Source: an uncultured Bacilli bacterium
GTDB taxonomy: Bacteria; Bacillota_I; Bacilli_A; RF39; UBA660
Assembly (NCBI GenBank): GCA_947627925.1
Contig: CANQXW010000005.1
Location: forward strand, 1-44,782
Length of the DNA stretch: 44,782 nt
Direction of reading: 5' to 3'
Shown in pieces: positions 39,033-44,782 of this stretch. How positions within the stretch are numbered: position 1 is the stretch's first letter; every line of letters begins with the position of its first letter. The position numbers and the translations under genes were made by a program. A model generated the notes under the pieces. It made no database searches and had not been told where the DNA came from. It was given only the letters and a program-made list of their open reading frames with translations.

Positions 39033-41588
39033 TTGAAAAAGGTAGTTTTAGTCGATGGGAATAATTTATTGTTTCGCTCTTATTATGCAACCGCTTATTC
39101 CGGTTCTATTTTAAGAAATAGTAAAGGATTTCCAACGAATGCTTTGTATGGGTTTGTGGGAATGATTAATAAAATAATAACCGAAGAAGATCCTGAATAT
39201 ATGGTGGTAGCTTTTGATATTGGCAAGAACTTTCGAAAAGAAAAATATGATTTTTATAAAGAAGGAAGAAATGCCACACCAGATGAATTAAAGATGCAAA
39301 TGCCCGCGGCGAGAAAAATATTAGAGGCGATGGGTATTGCTTATCGCGAACTGGCACCATATGAGGCTGATGATATTATTGGCTCGATAGTCAAAAAAGC
39401 GGAAGAAGACCCGCAATATTACTCTTTAATCGTTTCTAGTGATAAAGATTTACTCCAATTAATTAGTTTTGAAACAGATATTAAACTTTTAAAACAAACG
39501 GGTTTTATTCGTTATAATGAAGATTCTTTTAAAAAAGATTATGGCATTGATCCGATTAAAATCATTGATTTAAAATCTTTAATGGGAGATGCTTCCGATA
39601 ATATTCCAGGAGTTAAAGGAATTGGCGAAAAGACAGCTTTAAAACTTTTACAAGAATATGGCTCTTTAGATGGTATTTATGAAAACATTGAGAATATTAA
39701 GGGTAAAACCCAAGAAAAATTAATCGCCGATAAAGATAATGCTTATATGAGTTATGAACTGGCTACAATCTATAGAGATGTACCTTTAGATATTAATTTT
39801 GAAGATTTTAAATATAATGGCTCTGATGTTATTGAACTAAAAAAAGTTTATGAAGAATTAGAATTTTATTCCATGCTTAAAAATATGCCTGAAAAAAAAG
39901 AAAAACCGAAGGAAAACAAATATATTGTTTTAGATAGTCTTGATAATTTAGAACTAGATTCCGAAGTTGCTTTTTACTTAGAGGTTAGTGATTTAAATTA
40001 TCACAAGGGTGAGGCCGTTGCTTTAAGTATCACGGATAAAAATAATACTTATTATATTCCCAAACACTTGGCTAAAGAGGCTTTACTAAAATTAAAGGAT
40101 AAAAAAGTATTAACTTATGATTTAAAAAAAGCTTTAGTTATTACAAAAGAAGATATTCCTTGTGATTTTGATTTAATGGTCGCATCTTACTTAGTGGATT
40201 ATCCCGCCAGTGAAGATATTTCTAAATTAATGGCTAGCTTAAATGAAAATATCATTTCTTATGAAACTTTAAATAAAACTGATTTTGAAACAATTAAAGA
40301 TGTTATTACTTTAAAGAGCAAATTTATTTTTAACTATAGTCCTAAAATAAAAGAAATGTTAAAAGAAGATGGCCAAGAAGATATTTTTAATAATATTGAA
40401 ATGCCTTTAATTCGTGTTTTAGCTTCTATGGAAGAAAACGGCTTTAAGTTTGAAGAAAGTGCTTTAGAAGAAATGCGAAAAGAAGTTATTCATAATATTG
40501 AAATTGTAAGCAACGATATCTATGATTTAAGTGGCGAAAAATTTAACATTTCGAGCCCTAAACAATTAGGAGATATTTTATTTGAAAAACTCCAAATTGG
40601 CAAAAGCAAAAAAATGAACCGCGGTTATAAAACCGATATTAAAACATTGCAAAAATATGTCGATGTTCATCCAATAGTTAATAAAGTCTTTGAATATCGG
40701 AATTTAACTAAATTATTAAGTACTTATATCGAAGGACTTCCGGAATATGTCTTACCTGATGGCAAGATTCACACTATCTTTAATCAAACTTTAACCAGAA
40801 CGGGAAGACTTTCCTCTATGGAACCCAATTTACAAAATATTCCGGCAAGAGAAGAGTATGGTAAAAAAGTAAGAACGGCTTTTGTTCCTACTAATGATTT
40901 GATTTTAAGTGCTGATTACTCGCAAATCGAACTTCGCATTTTGGCTCATATCTCTGAGTGTCAAGAATTGATCGATGCCTTTAATAATGATGAAGATATT
41001 CATACTAAAGTGGCGGCGGATATTCATGGTATTCCTGAAAGTGAAGTTACTAAACATATGCGAAGCATGGCGAAAGCCGTTATCTTTGGTATAGTCTATG
41101 GTATAAGTGGTTTTGGCCTAGGCGAAAACTTAAATATTTCTAGGACGGAAGCAAATAAATTTATTGAAAAATATTATGAGCTTTATCCGGGAGTTAAAAA
41201 TTATATGACTAATATTGTGGCTTATGCCCATGAGCATGGCTATGTTAAAACGATGTTTGGCCGGATGCGCAAAATAAATGAATTAAAAGATAGTAATTTC
41301 CGAACGAGAGCCATGGGCGAAAGAATGGCTATGAATACCCCTATTCAAGGTTCTAGTGCCGATATTATGAAAATGGCAATGATTAAAGTCGCTAATAAAA
41401 TTAAAGAAAATAATTTAAAGAGTAAATTAATTCTCCAAGTGCATGACGAAATAATAATTGATGCTATAGAAGAAGAGGTACCAAAATTAAAAGAAATATT
41501 ATTTGCCGAAATGGAGAACGTTGTAAAATTAAGTGTACCATTAAAAATTGATATTAACACCGGTATTAATTGGTATGATGCTAAATAG
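39033..41588 (+). CDS. polA: DNA polymerase I
   Basis: 5' nuclease (LVDGNNLLFRSYYA, EADD, GDASDNIPGV); polymerase motifs TGRLSS, DYSQIELR and QVHDE. TTG start behind AGGTGG. Confidence 0.97.
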   Translation: MKKVVLVDGNNLLFRSYYATAYSGSILRNSKGFPTNALYGFVGMINKIITEEDPEYMVVAFDIGKNFRKEKYDFYKEGRNATPDELKMQMPAARKILEAMGIAYRELAPYEADDIIGSIVKKAEEDPQYYSLIVSSDKDLLQLISFETDIKLLKQTGFIRYNEDSFKKDYGIDPIKIIDLKSLMGDASDNIPGVKGIGEKTALKLLQEYGSLDGIYENIENIKGKTQEKLIADKDNAYMSYELATIYRDVPLDINFEDFKYNGSDVIELKKVYEELEFYSMLKNMPEKKEKPKENKYIVLDSLDNLELDSEVAFYLEVSDLNYHKGEAVALSITDKNNTYYIPKHLAKEALLKLKDKKVLTYDLKKALVITKEDIPCDFDLMVASYLVDYPASEDISKLMASLNENIISYETLNKTDFETIKDVITLKSKFIFNYSPKIKEMLKEDGQEDIFNNIEMPLIRVLASMEENGFKFEESALEEMRKEVIHNIEIVSNDIYDLSGEKFNISSPKQLGDILFEKLQIGKSKKMNRGYKTDIKTLQKYVDVHPIVNKVFEYRNLTKLLSTYIEGLPEYVLPDGKIHTIFNQTLTRTGRLSSMEPNLQNIPAREEYGKKVRTAFVPTNDLILSADYSQIELRILAHISECQELIDAFNNDEDIHTKVAADIHGIPESEVTKHMRSMAKAVIFGIVYGISGFGLGENLNISRTEANKFIEKYYELYPGVKNYMTNIVAYAHEHGYVKTMFGRMRKINELKDSNFRTRAMGERMAMNTPIQGSSADIMKMAMIKVANKIKENNLKSKLILQVHDEIIIDAIEEEVPKLKEILFAEMENVVKLSVPLKIDINTGINWYDAK

Positions 41589-41615
41589 ATTAGAGAGAAT
41601 TTCTAATCTATTTTT
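41584..41615 (+). terminator. Intrinsic terminator after polA
   Basis: AATAGATTAGA...TCTAATCTATT-TTT. Confidence 0.8.
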
Positions 41616-41637
41616 ATAAGGAATAATTTAAAAAAAT

Positions 41638-41756
41638 AAAAAAGGACCGACCGCAGCACAGAGTATAAAATACCCTACACGCGCCACGACCGGTCCTTTT
41701 CTAATTTCATTTTATTATTTCAATAATCTGATGTCAACAAAAACATGCGGACATTA
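41638..41756 (-). ncRNA. sRNA cassette copy 1 (promoter + ~60-nt hairpin RNA + U-tract)
   Basis: Minus strand TTGACA(41732-37)-17-TAAAAT(41709-14), then GGACCGGUCGUGGC-GCGUGU-AGGGUAU-UUU-AUACUCU-GU-GCUGCGGUCGGUCC-UUUUU. Confidence 0.8.
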
Positions 41757-41931
41757 TTGCAAAAAGTCAAAAAATATTAGCAAATTACCAAATTTGTTAC
41801 CAATTATATAAGAATTGGCAAAAAAGTTTTAATTTTTATAAAAACTTTCTTTAAAAAAAGGAAATCAAAGCATATGTGACGAATAATAATAGTGAAGGGA
41901 GAAAAAACAGCAAAGTTTTTAAAATATTATT

Positions 41932-42450
41932 ATGGTCAAAGTTAAAGAAAGAAATTATGAAGATATCACAAATCTATATTCCAAAAATTTAAAATTAAAT
42001 AAGGGCAAAGTATATGATGCTAAATATTATGAACATCATGGTAAGAAATATTATGTTGATGGTAAAAAAGTAGTTTTAGATTATACTTCTAAAGAAAAAG
42101 AAGTGGGAATATTTTTATCACGATTACTTGGAAAAGATATTTATATGCTTCCCAAAGTAAATTATCCTAAAAATATTCAAACTTCCGATTACATGGTAAA
42201 AGATACTAATGAAAAATGGGATTTAAAAGAAATAAAAGGAAGAGGTAAAAGAAATATAGATGATAAGTTAAAAGTAAACAGAGAACAAGCTAATAATTTT
42301 ATAATAGATAATTCTAAGCAAAGAATTAGGAATAATGATTTAATTAAGCAAGTAGAAAAAATATATGATAATCCTATTAGAAGAAAATGGATAAGGAAAA
42401 TAATATTAATAGATAAAAATAAATTAATAAAAGCATATAAAAGAAAATAA
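41932..42450 (+). CDS. Stand-alone CdiA-CT-like (PD-(D/E)xK) nuclease toxin domain
   Basis: Helix E..V..FL, PKVN, QTSDY...KWDLKEI.G.GK..ID, QANNFIID; strongly basic. Resembles the CdiA C-terminal tRNase domain also seen on phage MuF toxins (recognised by eye). Confidence 0.72.
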   Translation: MVKVKERNYEDITNLYSKNLKLNKGKVYDAKYYEHHGKKYYVDGKKVVLDYTSKEKEVGIFLSRLLGKDIYMLPKVNYPKNIQTSDYMVKDTNEKWDLKEIKGRGKRNIDDKLKVNREQANNFIIDNSKQRIRNNDLIKQVEKIYDNPIRRKWIRKIILIDKNKLIKAYKRK

Positions 42451-42569
42451 AAAGGGCCGACCGCAGCCCCGGATATAAAATATATCCTACATGCGCCACG
42501 ATAGGCCCTTTTCTAATTACAATTTTATTATTTCAATAATTTAATGTCAACAAAAATATGCGGACATTA
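42449..42569 (-). ncRNA. sRNA cassette copy 2, abutting the toxin stop codon
   Basis: TTGACA(42545-50)-17-TAAAAT(42522-27), then GGGCCUAUCGUGGC-GCAUGUA-GGAUAUA-UUU-UAUAUCC-GGG-GCUGCGGUCGGCCC-UUUUU. Confidence 0.8.
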
Positions 42570-42620
42570 AACAATATGTTTTATATGTGTTAATTAAAAA
42601 AATAAATTCTCGATATAAAG

Positions 42621-42740
42621 AAAAAGGATCGACCGCAGCCCAGAGTATAAGATATACCCTACACGCGCCACGACCGGCCCTTTTCTAATTTCATTTTATT
42701 ATTTCAATAATTCAATGTCAACAAAAATATGCGGACATTA
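42621..42740 (-). ncRNA. sRNA cassette copy 3
   Basis: TTGACA(42716-21)-17-TAAAAT(42693-98), then GGGCCGGUCGUGGC-GCGUGU-AGGGUAUA-UCU-UAUACUCU-GG-GCUGCGGUCGAUCC-UUUUU. Confidence 0.8.
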
Positions 42741-42807
42741 TAAAAATGGTATAAACTAACTTTAAACAAATCTTTAATCGTGATAAAATAAAGGGGAAGG
42801 TGATGAT

Positions 42808-43626
42808 ATGCCAGAACTAGCCGAAGTAGAAACTGTTAGAAATACTTTAAAGAAAAGAATTTTGCATAAAAAAATAGTTAGTGTAAATATAATTTATGGT
42901 AAGATTATTGAAAATGATTTAGATGAATTTAAAAAAATTTTAATTAATAATGAATTTATTGATATTTTAAGAAAGGGTAAATGGCTTATTTTTGAACTTA
43001 ATAATTATTATTTATTAAGTCATTTAAGAATGGAAGGCAAATATTTTATTAAAAATAGTGATGAAGAGATTGTCAAACATGAACATATTATTATTTCTTT
43101 TGCTGATGGTACCGATTTAAGATATCATGATACTCGTAAATTTGGTCGGATGAAATTAATTAAAAAAGAAGATTTAGAAACGACTATAGAAATTGCGAAA
43201 CAAGGTAAAGAACCTTTAGATGATACTTTAACGAGTTCTTATCTACTTGAAAAATTTAAAGGTAAAAAATTACCGATAAAATCAGTTTTATTAGATCAAG
43301 AAATCATTAGTGGTCTAGGTAACATTTATGCTAATGAAGTTTTATTTGCATCAGGAATAGACCCTTTAAGAAGTGCTTCATCCATAACGAAAGACGATTG
43401 TGAAAAAATTATTTCTTCTTCTAAAAAAATTATTAAAAAAGCGATTGAAATGGGTGGTACTACAATTAAAAGCTATACTTCTAGCTTAGGGGTAACAGGT
43501 CACTACCAAGACTATTTATGTGTTCATAAAAAGGAAGGAGAGGCTTGTCCTAAATGTGGCAATCCTATCAAAAAGATTAAAATTGGAGGCCGTAGTACTT
43601 ACTTTTGTGAACATTGCCAAAAATAA
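42808..43626 (+). CDS. mutM: Formamidopyrimidine-DNA glycosylase
   Basis: MPELAEVET, HLRMEG, DTRKFG, GLGNIYANE; C-terminal Zn finger. Confidence 0.97.
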   Translation: MPELAEVETVRNTLKKRILHKKIVSVNIIYGKIIENDLDEFKKILINNEFIDILRKGKWLIFELNNYYLLSHLRMEGKYFIKNSDEEIVKHEHIIISFADGTDLRYHDTRKFGRMKLIKKEDLETTIEIAKQGKEPLDDTLTSSYLLEKFKGKKLPIKSVLLDQEIISGLGNIYANEVLFASGIDPLRSASSITKDDCEKIISSSKKIIKKAIEMGGTTIKSYTSSLGVTGHYQDYLCVHKKEGEACPKCGNPIKKIKIGGRSTYFCEHCQK

Positions 43627-43638
43627 AGGAGAATTTTA

Positions 43639-44748
43639 ATGGACAAAATAATCAAAAATGTTTTACAAAAAATAATTGATGCCAACTACGAAGCTTATGT
43701 TGTTGGTGGTTTTGTTCGTGATTATCTTTTAGGTATTAAATCAACTGATGTGGATATTTGTACTAATGCTTTACCTAAAGATTTACATAAATTATTTCCA
43801 ACCAATAATAATTCTAATGATTATGGTGGTTTTAATTTAAAAATTAAAAATTATAATATTGATATTACCACTTATCGTAAAGAACTTACTTATGAAGGAA
43901 GAAAACCTACCGAAATAGTTTATTTAAACGACTTAAAAGAAGATTTGTTAAGACGAGATTTTACTATTAATGCGGTTTGTATGGATGTCGATGAAAAAAT
44001 AATTGATTATTTAAATGGAGTATCAGATATTACTAAACATGTCATTAAAATAATTGGTAATCCTTTAGGGAAAATAAAAGAAGATCCTTTAAGAATTTTA
44101 AGAGCTATACGTTTTGCGAGTGTTTTAAATTTTGATTTAGATGATGAGTTATATACCACAATTAAAGAAAATTATGAACTAGTAGGTACTTTATCAAAAC
44201 AAAGAATTAAAGAAGAAATAACCAAAATATTACTTCATAAAAATTTTCAAAAAGGCTTAAACCTTTTAAATGATTTAGGAATTTTAAAATTATTAAATAT
44301 TAGTTATCAAGAAATAAACTTTGTTAATGATATATGTGGAATGTGGGCCCAACTAGAATATCCTTCTAATTTTCCGTTTACAAAGCAAGAAATTAGAAAT
44401 ATAATAAACATTAGACAAATTATAGAAGATGGTACCATTGATAATCATACTTTATATAATTATGGTTTATATAATTCCTTGGTAGCTTCGGATATACTAG
44501 ATATAAATAAAGATAATATTAATAAATTATATCAAAAGTTAGAAATCAAAAATATTAAAGATTTAGATATTTCATCAGAAGAAATAATGGAAATTTTTCA
44601 TATTGGGCCATCTATTAAAATTAAAGAAATAAAAGAGGAAATAATTAATTTAATTTTAGATGGTAAATTAAAAAATAATAACGATAATATCAAAGAATAT
44701 TTAAAAAGAGATAGTGTGAAAAGTTTTATGGAAAACCAGACACATTAG
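43639..44748 (+). CDS. cca: CCA tRNA nucleotidyltransferase
   Basis: VGGFVRD, DVDI, DLLRRDFTINA and EDPLRILRAIRF motifs. Confidence 0.9.
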   Translation: MDKIIKNVLQKIIDANYEAYVVGGFVRDYLLGIKSTDVDICTNALPKDLHKLFPTNNNSNDYGGFNLKIKNYNIDITTYRKELTYEGRKPTEIVYLNDLKEDLLRRDFTINAVCMDVDEKIIDYLNGVSDITKHVIKIIGNPLGKIKEDPLRILRAIRFASVLNFDLDDELYTTIKENYELVGTLSKQRIKEEITKILLHKNFQKGLNLLNDLGILKLLNISYQEINFVNDICGMWAQLEYPSNFPFTKQEIRNIINIRQIIEDGTIDNHTLYNYGLYNSLVASDILDINKDNINKLYQKLEIKNIKDLDISSEEIMEIFHIGPSIKIKEIKEEIINLILDGKLKNNNDNIKEYLKRDSVKSFMENQTH

Positions 44749-44782
44749 AAAAAAAGATATTAAAATGAAAATTTTAATATAG

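Noticed and set aside
41638-42740. Three repeats as a CRISPR array, IS ends or a retron
   Set aside because: Units are ~120 bp, irregularly spaced and each carries a promoter. No cas, transposase or RT gene, and no terminal inverted repeats.

Overview
AT-rich chromosomal window from a low-GC Firmicute. An uncultured RF39-like Bacilli lineage is my inference from gene content. It uses the standard genetic code. The backbone is housekeeping: pcrA, ligA, rpmB, dnaE, polC, yqeG/yqeH-like genes, mutL, mscL, T-box-serS, rpsP-khpA, an LTA-synthase-family gene, miaB, CIRCE-hsp20, polA, mutM and cca. Sporulation genes (cotE, intact sigK, Spo0A-like boxes) and an IspH-prenyltransferase fusion are also present. 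Several RNA-level systems missed by the ORF track sit in the intergenic gaps. (1) Between polA and mutM, a stand-alone CdiA-CT-like PD-(D/E)xK nuclease gene has no immunity ORF. It is flanked by three diverged copies of a promoter + ~60-nt G·U-rich hairpin sRNA cassette, a candidate RNA-antitoxin system. (2) A two-gene surface-protein operon has a poly-G phase-variable promoter and an adenine-depleted C-terminal variable region. It is followed by a structured, DGR-like template repeat with no RT or avd in the window. (3) There are two candidate type I toxin-antitoxin loci with 30- and 35-aa peptides. (4) A zinc metallopeptidase islet lies between tRNA-Arg(CCG) and a D-arm-deleted copy of it. 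(5) A candidate rod-like ncRNA lies downstream of three Spo0A-type boxes. All family assignments come from motif recognition by eye; no database searches were run.
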